Source: Eledone cirrhosa
Lineage: Eukaryota
Length of the DNA stretch: 64,000 nt
Assembly: GCA_964016885.1 (NCBI GenBank)
Contig: OZ024742.1
Location: forward strand, 210,304,001 to 210,368,000
Reading direction: 5' to 3'
The notes under the pieces were generated by a model, which ran no database searches, was not told the origin of the DNA, and was given only the letters and a program-made list of their open reading frames with translations. The position numbers and the translations under genes were made by a program. This document shows, piece by piece, positions 35,001 to 48,800 of this stretch (position 1 is its first letter; each line of letters opens with the position of its first letter).

Positions 35001-35385
35001 TTATAATATTCCCCAGATTTATGTCAAAACAGTTTTGACAAGCACCAAAACACAGCATAGCTAGAATAATTCATTTGTTAATCTATGGTTTTAAACATTT
35101 GATTAAGATATAAGTTTCTCCTAAAGGCCTGTAACTTTCATATTCTAAACAATTGTCTAGATAGGAATAAACCACACATCTCTTGCTAGAAATGAGATGT
35201 AATAGTTACAATAAATAAAAGATAGTATAACCTTATCCCAACTAAAATTACTAGAAGTAGTAGCTGTTACTACTAGTAGAGCTAGTAAGGCAATTTTAAG
35301 GGCATGAAAGCTACAGGTTTATTAGTGATGGTTACCGAAGTACTGGAAGTATCAGAGTATGTTGGTACTATAGTTACTTGTTTAA

Positions 35386-35592
35386 CCCTTTAGTGTTCAA
35401 ACCGGCCAAAACCAGCCAGAATTCTCTACCTCTTTCTGTTGAAACTGGCTGTAACTGGTCACTCAAACTGATGTTAAGGTATTGTTCTCAAAATAAATAC
35501 TTTCAAAATCTCATAGATTCGATATTGTGTGAGGTAAAGCCTTTACCATGAAAATATAATAGTATATATAGAGTAATGTGAATGCTAAAGGG
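35386..35592. mobile_element. piggyBac-type MITE
   Basis: TTAA|CCCTTTAG ... CTAAAGGG|TTAA; same family as 13789. Confidence 0.88.
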
Positions 35593-36049
35593 TTAATTTA
35601 TCCTGTGCACAAAGGTGTCATTCCTTATATGTGGCTAAGAATACCATTATCAGCTGCTTTAAAGTTAAATGATATGCAATTATCATCATCATCATCAATA
35701 TTGCCATTTTATGTTCATTTTTCCATATTGGAAATTAAATGCCTTAACTGTTAGACTAAGCAATAAAAGTTACAGAGTAATAACAAAGGTAGTTTGGATA
35801 AAATTAAGTTTGTCTTACCATATCATGAGTTTGTGTTTCCTTATCATGGTACAAACATCCAAATTATAAAAGAAAGACAAGCAACTTTGCATTTGTCACC
35901 TTAAAGAAGGCCTTTGTGGAAAATTCACATTCAGTAATTTGGTGGGTTATTTGAAACTAGATGGGAATGAATAGCTAAGGAAAACTGTTCAAGCCATGTA
36001 TGAAAGTAATATTTATACATGTGGGTGTCTTCTTTTTATTATAATTCTA

Positions 36050-36445
36050 AAAGGGTGGTGGATTGGCAGTATCGGTAGAGTGTCAGACACCATGCCCTTA
36101 TGTTCTGAGTTCAGATCCCGCCAAGGTTAGCTTTGCCTTTCATCCTTACGGGGTCGATAAAATAAAGTACCAGTAATGCACTGGGGTAATTGCTGGCCTT
36201 GTGCCAAAAGTAGAAACAATTATAATCCTAAAAGGCAGTGGATTGGCAATATCAGTAGAGTGCCAGACAAAATGCTTTGCAGTATTTTGCTATGACTTTC
36301 TACATTCTGAGTTCAAATCCCTCTTTCATCATTTTGAGGTTGATAAAATAAAGTACCAGTTACGTACTGGAGGTTGATATATTTGATTTTTCCTCTGCCC
36401 CCTTCAAATTACTGGCCTTGTACTAATGTTAGAAAGAATTATAAT
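36050..36445 (+). mobile_element. Two tandem tRNA-derived SINEs (Meta/Nin-like core)
   Basis: Two head-to-tail copies, each with the head GGCAGTATCGGTAGAG and the core GTCGATAAAATAAAGTACCAG. Confidence 0.8.
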
Positions 36446-39400
36446 CCTTGGGAAAATCTCATTGAAGTTTAGGACTGGATAGTCTTACAAACTTTTGTAT
36501 GTTGGTTTTCATTGCAGGAGCTGAAGACAAAATTCCTAAAGACCAACAAAACAAAAACTGAAGTATTAGTCAGTAGCATTTTAGAAGAGACCTTCATCAA
36601 TATAGAAAAAGGGTTTGGTAGAAAATCAATACTTTATAATTAATACAAGCAGTGAATATACAAATTGGAGAACTGGATTCTCACGGAACCAGAACGTTTG
36701 ATATAATGGATTCAGTGTAACAGTTGGTTACTTGAGTAGCTATGAACTGAAGTCTTTGGAATATATAAATACCTTATTGGCAGTAGTATCTCTGCTAATT
36801 AGGTAATGTAAATAATTTGGGTGTTAGATGTAGGCCATATATGATGCCTAATTTATGAAAAAGACAAGAAATCAGAGAACTATTTATTTTTATAAAAAAG
36901 ACAGATTATATAGTGCATGTGGAAAAATAGATTATGAAGAGGAGCTGCTATAACTGGAAAAGAATAAACTGATTATGATCCTTTAGATATACATCATACT
37001 TATAAAAAAGGTAGATTACAAGTAGGTTAAGAAAGATGTTGGAAATTATATTTTAGTTAATGTATTTAACAGGAATTAATTTTAATATTTAATATGAGTA
37101 AAGGAAGCATACTTGAAGCATTACTGCATGTAGATGAAGAAAAGTATCTATTATAGAGATAGGTGTATCCTCATAGATCAGATACCATAAGATCAAGAGG
37201 CATATAAAATTATGTAATTCTACAGATTTAGAAAACTCATGCAAGCATGTAAAAAAAATGTGTGTTAAGATGATGTTTATTTGTGTTGATGATTAATATA
37301 TGGTATGATATGGTCCCATAACTCGTGAGGGAGTTGTAGGGACACAGTAGTGGCATACAGTGTTTCTTGGGCATTTATTTTAAAACCTGGTGGAGCCCAT
37401 CTCTTCTCCAGGTCTGAACATAGCTGGTTTCTTTCAGAGATGGAGAGAGAGAGAGAAAGAGATACAAAGGAAGAATCGATCCCAGTACAAGTCTGGTACT
37501 TTTTTATCGACCTCAAAAGGATGAAAGGCAAAGTTGACCTCAGATTAATATATAATCTACTTGAAAATAAAATGTTCTTTTCTTCTCATGTCAAATACTC
37601 TGTTTCAGGTAAATATTTTAGTGAAAAACTCAACAAAGAAGTTAACACACTTTGTAGATCACTTTTGTTCATGTTTAATGAACAGAAAATCCATGTGAAA
37701 CAAATTGTAAATGCAGCATTAGAATATGACTTAAAGCAGGTATTTAATATGCTTTCATATTTAGACATATTTATTTTTTCTATTAAATTAACAACTATGA
37801 TTTTAATTCCATGAAAATATCTATATTGGATATTAGATATGTCTCATATCCCAGACATGCAGTGATGAAAATGGGTTTCAGGAATGGAACTTGTTATATA
37901 ATAATTCAGGATTTATGCTTGAGAATTACTGAGTATGAGTCATCAGGAATAAGTAAAGTGGCCTTTTGACAACATTTTGATCTCTTAATGATGATATATA
38001 ATACACAGTCACATATAAACATTCATACATTTTCTCACACTTTCACTTCAAAAATCAACAATCAACCAAATTTAGAAGTATGTATATGCTGTATTCTCAT
38101 GTACCTCTTATATCTATCACTAAATATATTTTAATAATAACTTCACATATTAGATACCAGAAAGCTAAAAACTCTTAAAGAGCCCTTACAATAAATCCTG
38201 ACTCTACAGAAAAATATTTTTATTTAAATATAGTCAGTATATGCATATTAGATGAATTGACAGTAACAGTAAGATAGAGTTAAGCATAATAGTGGTGTAT
38301 ATGAAAGCATATATGATATGTTTATATACAATAAATATATGAGAGCCTCACTCTCAATTCTTGGATATTAAAGTAATGCTATTTCGAGGGTTCTGTGTCA
38401 TTATGAGAATTTCCATAACTACATTTACAATAACATTTTTTTTTTTGTTAAATAGCTGATGAAACATGTAGTTTGTTTTTAAATAGTTCATTCTTTCTTT
38501 AATCTCTTTCATTAATTCCCATCAACTACAAAGTTGCAGTATTCTTTTGTTGCTGTTGTTTTTTGTTTAGAAATGTATGCCTACCCCAATCAAAACCGTG
38601 CCTTAATAATTAATGTTTCAGTTGACTTTATATTAAACTCACTTTATTCTTTCTTTTACTCTCAACCCATATACTTAACACAGTTTGCATTTAATCCAAT
38701 ATAAATATATTGTTACGAGGAAACTATATATTGTTTAAAAAAACTTAGTTCATTATGTAATTCTGATGACTTTTCAAGATTGGTTATTATGATTTATTAA
38801 AATAGTTATATTTACTAGGATACACTATTACAGCTGGCAAAGTTTAATTTTAGGGTAACAACTAAATTCATGCAGGAAATTCTTTAAAAGCGGTTATGTT
38901 CCATGTTTCATTAATTCCAGTTTGTATATATAACCTTACCAGAAGCCAGTCACTTGCTGTTTTTCACCACATTAGGCTGTAATTAAAATTGCCTTGTTAC
39001 ATTTTTACTGCATTTCTATCAATCTAAGTCCACCTTCTTCCATATTGCACATGAACGTTTCTTTTTCTATCCAAATTATCACTGTCATGCTTCTGGGAAA
39101 TGGTGAAGAGAATATGGAAACTGTTGTACACCAACTTCATCACTAGAAACAAAATTGAATTACTGACATATCAAACTATTAGAAGTCTTCATATGGTATT
39201 ATATAATGTCCATCCTTTTCTGGCATTGATTATCTTACATATGGGAATCTGCTTTAGATAGTCAGTATATCCTATTAGAAAACTTGATAAATTGACTAAA
39301 TATAATCGACAAAGGTAGTCTAAAGGTGTTAAACCAGTCATGTGATCAGCTATCTATATTCTGTCATTTCATTGAGTTAACCAAACGCTAAGTGGGACAG

Positions 39401-41335
39401 AACTCAAAGCATCTAGAATTGTTGTGTCATTCATTATTTAAAATGTTGAGTTCACTTTCCTCTACAGGAAAAGCTACCTTTTATAGACTAGCATCCTATG
39501 CAAGTGGAGATTTGTCTATCATCTGGTTAATGGTACAAAAATTGGAGTTATGTTCGTTTTCCCAAGCTTACATAGGTTAGGTTGGAAAGTATCTCACCTT
39601 TTAATGTAATCCCTTATTATCTCCCTCACAAGATTCATCAGCAGTCTGATATCAAGCTTCACCATGTCTTTTTCAGTCATACCCTTTCTGTAGGTTTCTT
39701 TCACATAGTACTTCTTTACCTAACAATCATCCATCAGATTCCCAATTGGGTAGGTGGAAACTATAAGGAAGTGTTGGATGGACTGTACTTGTAATTCAAT
39801 GGTACAGCCTTGTCACATATTGTATCATACTGATTTGGCCTGAGAATTATGTTAAGGCTGTATATATATATGTAGAATACTCAGCCATTTATATATCAAT
39901 TTAATGAGTAGGTAGTACAGTTGAATGTTCAACACTCATTCCACTTGTACCCAATTTTTCTGTCAGCTCATTTGTTCTCTGCTATTCATGCTCACTAACA
40001 TTACATATCCAATAGGGCATGCTCATCTCATTTCTTTCTAAGCTTTGCAAATCTTCTATATTCAATACTCCTGTTTCACTGTGATTTGGAAAAGAGTTAG
40101 CTTTATCTAACTTCATCAAAAGCGATTCTGATAGTTTCTCAGTTATTTTTATGAAAAGTAGTCTATATAAGAAGCACAATGAACATGACCATGAACATAA
40201 TGTAATGAAAGTAATTAATTTGAACTGTTTAGTAAGGAACTTAGAAATCATAGAAACTGTTGGTGAAGCAAATCTTTCTAAACTAGACAAATATTTCTTA
40301 TGAGATGTGAATCCTGATGGAATTTTTATTTTTATTTCAGCAGTCAGTGTCTGTAAATACTCAGTCCTCACCTGAAGATGCTGGTTTTCTCCCCTGTATG
40401 TTATCCAAATCTATTTATTATGAACAAATGAGTGATAAATACAATTCTTCCTAATTTGCTTGATTATCTATATATGATTAAATGTTTTAATCTCTCCTAC
40501 AAATATTAAAATAGATTTTAGCTGATTTAAAGACTATATTTTAGAGCAGATGTTACTTAAATAAAATTTTAATTTTTTTCTAATTTCCAATTTATTTGAA
40601 GGTTTTGACATTCGTTTATTTCCCTTGGCCATTAAAAGATATATTTTCATTCTCACAGTATGTCAATCTCTTGAAATTGTTAATAAAAACTTTTTTTTTT
40701 TTAACTGAAGCGCAAACTGTAAAACTAAGTAGAGCAAACAGTGAAAATATTGATTTTTGTTCAGAAACAAGACCTCAGGTTGATAGGGAAGAGGAGAGAA
40801 AATGTGATTACAATTACAAAGTCGGAATCAGTGGCACTTATTATAAGTAATGACATCATTTCCTTTGTGAGTCGTGTAATCAGGATTATTTAAGATATAT
40901 AATGGTTCCTCATTTAGGCACAAAGCTAGCAATTTAGAGAAAAAAGTAGCCGATTATACTGACTCCAGATCTTAACTGATACTTTAATTTATTGACCTTA
41001 GATGGATGAAATGTAAAGTCGACTGTGGCAGGATTTGACCTCAGAATGCAGTAAGACAGAACAAATAGCAAAACATTTTTAACCTGACACCCTAACAACT
41101 CTGCTAATTAGCCACCTTATTTATAACATGCTAAGTTATCAACAGTTATTTAGTCGATCCAGTGGTCTATTGGTATGAACTGAATGTTGTTTGGCAGGAG
41201 CAAAACTTTACAACTATTTTACAAACCCTTGGAAAACAGTGTTCAGAAATTATACAATGTTTTTAAATATATGTTGGTGTCTGTATATTTAAATATGGGT
41301 ATATTTATTCCACAAGCCACCACCATAAATGAAAC

Positions 41336-41570
41336 TTAAAGGTCGGTCTGCCTCATGGTCCTGGCAGATAGGATGGAGAAGACATTTCCCCAGAGGATGC
41401 GGAGGGAGATCCACTGGAACAGCCACTCCAGCTTGCGGGGTTCACACTTGCAGGTGGCCAATTCCACCCCAATTGCAGTGAGTAGGGATGTGGTCCAGGG
41501 GCCCAAAACACCAGAAGTCTCCACTGCCACAGGTTCCACCCCAAACCTGTCACGGAAACATCAGTCACAA
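41336..41570 (-). mobile_element. CRE-clade non-LTR 3' fragment
   Basis: EPVAVETSGVLGP...EPRKLEWLFQWISL.I.WGN, the RLE C-terminal motif. Confidence 0.7.
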
Positions 41571-43629
41571 ATGCCAAATATTCTCAAATACAAATGAGGA
41601 ATAAGATTTTGCTCTGAGATGTAAGTTATTGACTCAAACAGAAATGTAAGAGTGAACAATGGTTAAATAGTTGCATGTTTTTATGAAACTACCAAAGGAA
41701 TGCTGCTGCTTTTAATTTTAGTTATTACTGGATGGATGTAGGAGACAAAACAAAGTTTTATGGCCAACAATGCTTAAATAAATATATTCCACATCCGACC
41801 ACTATAAATAGTTAAAAATTGATTTTGTGTCAAATGAAGCAGAAAATATTCATTGCAACCATGTTTATTTATACCACAGCTCATGAATCCTTCTTTACCT
41901 TGTGCCTTTCTCCCAAATAGATTTTTCTTCTTAAAAATGTGATTTTCAAAAAAAAAAAAAAATTGAGAACCACTGATCTATATTAAAGGACAGATTTTTC
42001 TAAACTAATAACATGGATCCTTATCATTAAAATACATTCAATCACTCAATTAAAAAGAAATAAACTTTTTCTTGGTTTTTAAAATGTTGGAATTTGTTTA
42101 AAATGTTTATCTTTGTTTATTCTATTCTATATTTTTTGTTTTCTTTACTAAGCTGAGACAAGTGAATTACTTCCAGAGTTTAAATGCAGGTAGAAATATT
42201 TTTATATATATTTTCCCAAAATCATCATCGTTTAATATCCATTTTTCCATGCTAGCATAGGTGAGATGGGTTGTCTCATTTGAGGCAAGTTGGGTCAGGT
42301 GACCGTGTCTTGCTCACCCAAATATCTAAAATATTTTCATGTTAATACTTTGAAAAATTGTGTGTATCTAGTTTAGGATAGGTACACCATATCCCTGTGT
42401 GTTGTCAGAAGTGACTAAAATGATTGGAGTCAGAAATGGCCTCCAGCTGTAAAAAAATTGCCTCAGAAAGTCCTGTCCAACCTATGTCAGCATGGAAAAC
42501 TCAATGTAAAACTGATGATTTCCTCCCTTAATTTTTTACCCAAATATCTAACATATTTTCATCTGATAATACTTGGAAAAAGGCATCTAAATCATTTCAG
42601 ATAGATTTTTAAAGCTTAATATTCCAGCATGTTAAACACTTTTTTTGCTGTTAATTATTCAGTGTTTTGTACAAAATGAAGAGAATCAGATTCGATTTAT
42701 TATTATGTAAATATGGGCTCCACTTTCCTAATTTGAATATTACCAGCTTGGATCTAGGCATTTACAAATAGTAATAAAGACTTTTTCAAATATTAGCAGC
42801 ATCCAAGTTTTCAGTAGAGGTACATGTCCATGCATGCTTTAAGAAGTGACAAACAGGCTTGGCACCAGGAAGAACATCTGGTTGTAAACAACTGCCTCAA
42901 AAATCCTGCCAAACCCATGCCAGCATGGAAAAACAAATGTAAAAATGATGACAATAATCCACACACTATTGTCCCTATGTTTTCTGACATGGCTATGAAA
43001 ATCCCTGATATATCAATATTTATGCAATCTACATTTGTTGTAGACTCAGGTCTCACCAAGACATCATAAAGTAGACTTTCTTATGTTATTCTAATTTGTA
43101 AAGTATATGTAGAGATTATGTTGCTGTTGTACTAACCAGAATTAACATTGTGACTATGATGATTTCAAGACATATATTCTACAAATATAGCATATTATAA
43201 AAGATGTAACTTGAATAAAACTCATTTTTATATGAAATTGATTATTAACACCCATATTATATTATTATTTTCAGTAATTCTATTGAAAGAGAGCTTGAAA
43301 TAAAAGCATCTAAAGACAGATACATAATCCAGCTTTTGATGCTATCATCAATGATTTCACTTCACCTAACAGAAAAAACAGAAAAGATTTAATATTTTTT
43401 TTTTAATTGTTATTATTTCGTTTTTGTTGTTTTTTGTTTACAATTATAACATTTTGAAAATGTTTCCCTTTTTAAATTAATATTTTGGATTAAAATAAAT
43501 TATTAATGATAAACATTATGTGTAGTATTTCTTTATATTAAAATATTTGGGACTTTATAGACATTAACACTTTCATTACTATATTTCTAAGGAAAGCTCA
43601 ACCTATAATCTTCAACTCCTACTAACACC

Positions 43630-43932
43630 ACTCTCTCTATAAAGTTATGTTGGTACCACAACATCCAGTCCAAACTAATGAGATCGTGTAGATGTCACAA
43701 CAAAAAACACAGTCCACACTGTAATGTGGTCGTGTAGGTAACACGGTAAAAACTTCCCAGTCAACACTGTAAATGTGGTTGGTGTTAGAAAGGGCATCCA
43801 GCTGTAGAAAACCTGCCATATAGTCCTATACAAGTGAGACACGGTCACCCGACCAATCTTGCCTCAAGTGAGACAACTCCCGTCTAACCCATGCTAGCGT
43901 GGAAGATAGACATTAAACAATGATGATGATGA
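43630..43932 (+). mobile_element. RTE 3'-end-derived repeat with (GAT)n tail
   Basis: AGGGCATCCAGCTGTAGAAAAC...CCCATGCTAGCGTGGAA; related copies at ~4200, 15110, 42225, 45606, 55490, 56090 and 60770. Confidence 0.75.
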
Positions 43933-45815
43933 AGTTGTATTCCTGGAAAGGCTTAATAGATTATCTTCTTTCTGCATTATAATCAACAGAACTAAAAACA
44001 TTTAAAGAACTTAAAAAGGCTAAGAATAAACATAATCCCATGTAAAATTCAATGGTTAAGGCCTCCATAATGTGAGTCACTGATTTTACTTTGTCAAAAA
44101 TAAATTGAAATAAAAGTAGTGGGGGCATTACAAGTAATTATGTGTAGAATAGGCATAAACTCATTTCAAGCAAAGTAATAGTGAACTAACTCCAAATGTG
44201 CACAGATTGAGCAATCAAATCAAGTAGGCACACTATACATTATAGACTTCAGTAATAGTTCACTTAAAGCAATATGTATAAACAATTATTGGGGCCATAA
44301 GGCTTAGGAACTGAACTACTGACCACATGGTTTTATGTTCGGATCTTACTACAGTCACTGTACTGACCCTTTTGATATAGCCCAGCCAAAACTGACTCTG
44401 GTTCTATTACACAAATCCCCATTCCCATTTTAAAGGGTTCCTATTTAAATTAAAATCTTCAAACATAATTTTATATGAGAACCATGTTAAGTTACTATCG
44501 TAGTAATGAAATAATTAATAATTTTAGTAAAAGTCTTCATTGATTAATTGAAATAAAGTGTATTTCATTAGAAATGTCATGAAAGAGTTAAGCAAGTCAG
44601 CTAACTTTGTTTGCTTCAGTTTGCTTGACTAAACAACAAAACTGGTTTCACCCATAGTTCATGATTGAATTGCTAACAGTAGAAAAGACAACAGTTATTC
44701 CAACAAATAAACCATCTCACTCACGCAAATATAAAAAAATATGTATAAAACAGGAAAAAAAGAAAAGACTGCTTAAACAGGGATAGTGATGGTAGGAAAG
44801 ATTACTGTTCTTATTGGCTATATGTCAACTCCCTCCTGCTCTGTCAGAAACAGGTTTAATCTAATCTGTATTATATGATAGACAAACAATGGGACCATTA
44901 AGACAAAGAAAGAATATTTAACTGGACATATTTCATTGGTTATGCAACATGGTCCAAAATATTGCTGTTTGAATTATCTTTATGCCTCAGAATATAGGAT
45001 CCTTCTGCCTAATCAAAGACAAACTAACATATATTAAGATGTAAAAATAAAAGATGTGAAGTGTAGAAACAAATTGGACTGGAGGTAAAAATAAAATACT
45101 TATCCCTTAACAAAGTAAATTACTAAAAGCAGATTAACTACTTCTGTAGTTAACTCCAAATAAAATATCAAAATTACAATATTAATGAAACTATCAACTG
45201 TTGGAGCAATAAGGATATGTGAAAGACTAAAAGTAAACTTTTAATTTAAAATAGTTGTCTATGTGTGACTTTAATCCTAAAACTTTAAATATTTTAAAGC
45301 CATTCTTTTCATAACTTGTACATTAAAATAACTTGAACTCATATTGAAATTGCATCTGCTTCTGAAAATAATTTTATTAATGATAAAACAATAAAACATT
45401 AGTAGTCAATAAATATTTTACTCTTGTAAGCCATAAATCAGGCAGAAAATCATTTCTTGAAATAAAATCTATAAAGGTGTTTGAATTTAATAGATATTCT
45501 AAAAAAGAAATGGTAGGGAAAACATTTTCAAGAGCTTTGTATATATTTCCAAGGGTCAATTTCATTTTAATTTCTCTCATATAAAACAATCTCTCTATTT
45601 AAAGATCATCATCATCATCCTTTAACGTCCATCTTCCACGCTAGCATGGGTTGGACGGTTTTGTCCCACTTGAAGCAAGATTAGTTGGGAGATTGTGTCT
45701 TGCTCGTACAGAACTGTTTCTGGCAGTTTTCTACAGTGAAAATTAATTGAAATTTTCCTATTTTCGTCTTGAATGAAAGTTTTTCTCTGAGTGATATATT
45801 TAAATAAAAAAATAA

Positions 45816-48800
45816 TCAGCAACTTGGATTTAGTAGAATATAATTTTGAGTCAAATTATCTTCCGAATCCCAATCAAGTTCTGGTTTAGCTGAGATTAAG
45901 TTTACATCATTGCATACAGGCTTATGACCCACATTGTCATTCAGATCTGAATTGACCGTCATTTCAAGCAAACTATTATTTTCTGCTGTTACACAAGAAA
46001 ACACTGAAAATGGATTCGTTTTTTCTTGTGGTTCAGAAGAATAAGAACCAAACATAGATACATTCATGTTATCTCGAAGAATACTTTTTTCATCAAACTC
46101 CATTTCATATTCATACATAGCTTGGGCCTCATCTGATGGTGGTTTTGGTAAAACATTATTTGTTGAGGTTGTATTGAGTTTCTCTAGTGTTTCTTTAGAA
46201 GGCTCATTTAAAAGAATTTGACTGTTTAATGTTGACAGCAAAACAGGACATTTAGTACTTAGTTCATTGCTTTCAGAATTAAAAGTCATACTATTGACAG
46301 ATGTTCTTATTGGCTGGTTAGATTCCTCTGTTGCTAAAATACTAGAAGAATGAAATGTTGGAGAGTAAACTAAATCAGAGTCTTTTTCAGTCTTATTTGA
46401 TAAATTTATATGAGGTAATTTTAAAATGTTAGAATCATTGCACTTTGATATATCTTGGAAAGAATTATCAGTTTGTAGAAACCGGTGGTACTTAGGCTGG
46501 TTAAAATCCAAACTAGAAGAAAACTGGAATGGATCTCTTTCAGACAGGCCCATTTCCTTCTCAGTGACAGTAACTGGTAATATTACATCATCACAATCTA
46601 ACTTTTGTAGTGATAACATTGATGAATTTGAGGTAGATGAATGATTAGGAAGAATTTCATGGGAAATCACAGATTCGGTACTGTAAAGGTTTTCCATAGT
46701 TGAAGTTGAAGACACAGAGTTTGAAAGGGAATCACAGTTGTTATGGACATGTTTGTCGAATGTTGAAGAGGATTTGGGTGTATCTAAACCAAAATTAGGA
46801 GACAAAGTTAATTTTCCATCCTGAACTCCATCTACAGTATCTATTTTTCCATAGAAACCATCTATACTAAAATCATTTGTAAGATTGTTGGCAAGAGAAC
46901 ATGATTTTTCATTATTTGCTGTGGGAAATGGTTTAATATAATACTTATTGTTTGTATGAGCATCTACTATTTCAAATCCAGCTACATTTTCTGAAATAGG
47001 ATTATTTGTCTCCTTGTTCTTATGATTGTTTTGATTACTTTCAGATACAGGTGGAAGTGTTTGGGATGGAGAGATTATATTACTATTGAGGTTTTCTTGA
47101 TCCAAAAGAAAGGGCTCATTTTTATCCATTTTGAAGTTTATGTTAGGATTTAAGCTAAAAGAAGGATTTATTTGGTTAATAAGAGAGTAATTATCAGACT
47201 GAAGTGTTTCTTGTTTAATAATAGTTTCTTCAGGACCATTTGAGCTACTAAATAACTCACTTATTTGAAGATCTGAATTTGAAGACTGGTTGGTTTCTGC
47301 AATTTCTTGAGAAATAGTGTAGATTAGCATAGTTTTATTTGAGTCAGTTTTTCGTATCGACAAATTTTCTAATTTAAATACTCCTGATGTAGACAAAAGA
47401 CTAGGGTTAACTCTAGTTATTCCATCTGTAGTTATTTGTAGTTCTTTAGAAGATTCAAATCTGTTGCAGGACAAACTTTTATCATTACAATAGTCAACAG
47501 TTGTTAGAGAAGAGGATACTGATTCCTCACCAATTTTACTTTCTGTTAACACAGATTCTGTTAAATCTGAGTTAAATTCACCAGTCTCTGACTTCAAAAG
47601 GGTTTCAAAAAGAACAGTTTTCACAGGACTTCTAGGCATTTCTATATTCAAAACATTGCCAGGGTCATCTGTTGGTTCCTGTTTGATCTTGGTTTGAACT
47701 GAAAGTTCAGGATGGACACCTTGATAAGATGTGTATGCTTGATCAGTGACATTTTTAATAAATTCATTACTTCTATTGTTTGTTGTTAGTTTATTTTCCA
47801 AGTAAACATCATCCTCAAAATCAGACCTCAAAGATTCTATTTTTACTTTGCACCCTTCAGTTAAAGGGATAGATTTTTTAAGACTTTTTGACTTGTTTTT
47901 TCTTAGCCTTTTTTTTGTATTCAAGTTTTTTGCAAGTTTTACCTTATTTTTGCTAGTCTTGTTAAAGCCAGATTTTTTAATAATAACTGATTGTTTGTGT
48001 TTATCATCAGTCTTTAGCTTCTTATGTTTCATCTTCTCTTTTGTTTCTGACTTTTTCAATTTTGTTAATTTGGCTTTGCGGTTAAGGTATGCTTTCTGTT
48101 TCTCAGCAGCATCAGCAGGCATGTAATTAGGATCCATAAACCAAGAACGAGGTTTTTTACCCTTTTTTTCAAAGTTAAATGTGAAACCCTTTGTTGCAAG
48201 AGGTAAATGAAAATGTTCAACATTTTTCTTCAAATCATCTGTCTGTTTCTCATTAGATTTTAATTCAGTTGTATTTATAACTACACACTGATTCCCATCA
48301 CCATCATTATTAATATCAAATTTAGATTCATTACACTCTTCATTAGAGGGAGGATATTTACTATCTAGATTGCTTGTTTTCTCACTCTTAGCAATATCAT
48401 TAGCAGATGTATCTTCTACAATTTTTATTGAGGACAAACTAGAATGCTTTGTAATGTTACACGATAAAGAGTTAGTTTTCTTTGAATTTAAATTTTTTTT
48501 GTTTTCATTAGAATTTGTGACAAGCTTATCACAAATAGTTTTTGTATTTTCAGATCTAGAGATAGGTAGGGAAGATGTAGAATTGTGAGTGAAATCTGCT
48601 GCAGCTGAAGCCTCTTTACTTCCTTTGTGCATTCTCTTAAGATGTATACGTAACTGGCCATGACGACGGAATGGTTTCTTGCAGAGTTCACAGAAATAGG
48701 CATAAGAATGACCATGCATGGATCCAATATGTGCTAAAAGATGGTCACTTGATCTTGCCCCATAAGGACAGATGGGACAGCGAAATGGACGGTTGTCACC

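Larger units (their letters stand above)
32853..40380 (+). pseudogene. Decaying intron-containing gene of uncertain identity (weak CCDC142-like resemblance)
   Basis: AG/GT-bounded exons 32853-33023 (171 nt, 2 stops), 34101-34337 (237 nt, open), 36518-36802 (285 nt, stops in all frames) and 37609-37739 (131 nt, open) have matching phases. Further protein-like frames with stops lie at ~37838-37932, 39300-39575 and 39960-40375. Confidence 0.6.

Noticed and set aside
37350-37814. 154-aa plus-strand ORF as a single-exon gene
   Set aside because: Its first half runs through SINE and (GA)n sequence; only 37609-37739 has splice sites and protein-like content.
39982-40371. 129-aa minus-strand ORF as an independent gene
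   Set aside because: It has no motif or supporting exon chain and is better explained as the antisense shadow of the degenerate plus-strand frame.
43630-45740. Inverted RTE-tail pair forming dsRNA in the ZNF 3'UTR
   Set aside because: A minus-strand AATAAA near 45375 may end the transcript before the distal copy, and there is no evidence that the UTR extends 2 kb.
46426-48588. Plus-strand ORFs inside the ZNF exon
   Set aside because: They are antisense shadows of the long coding frame.
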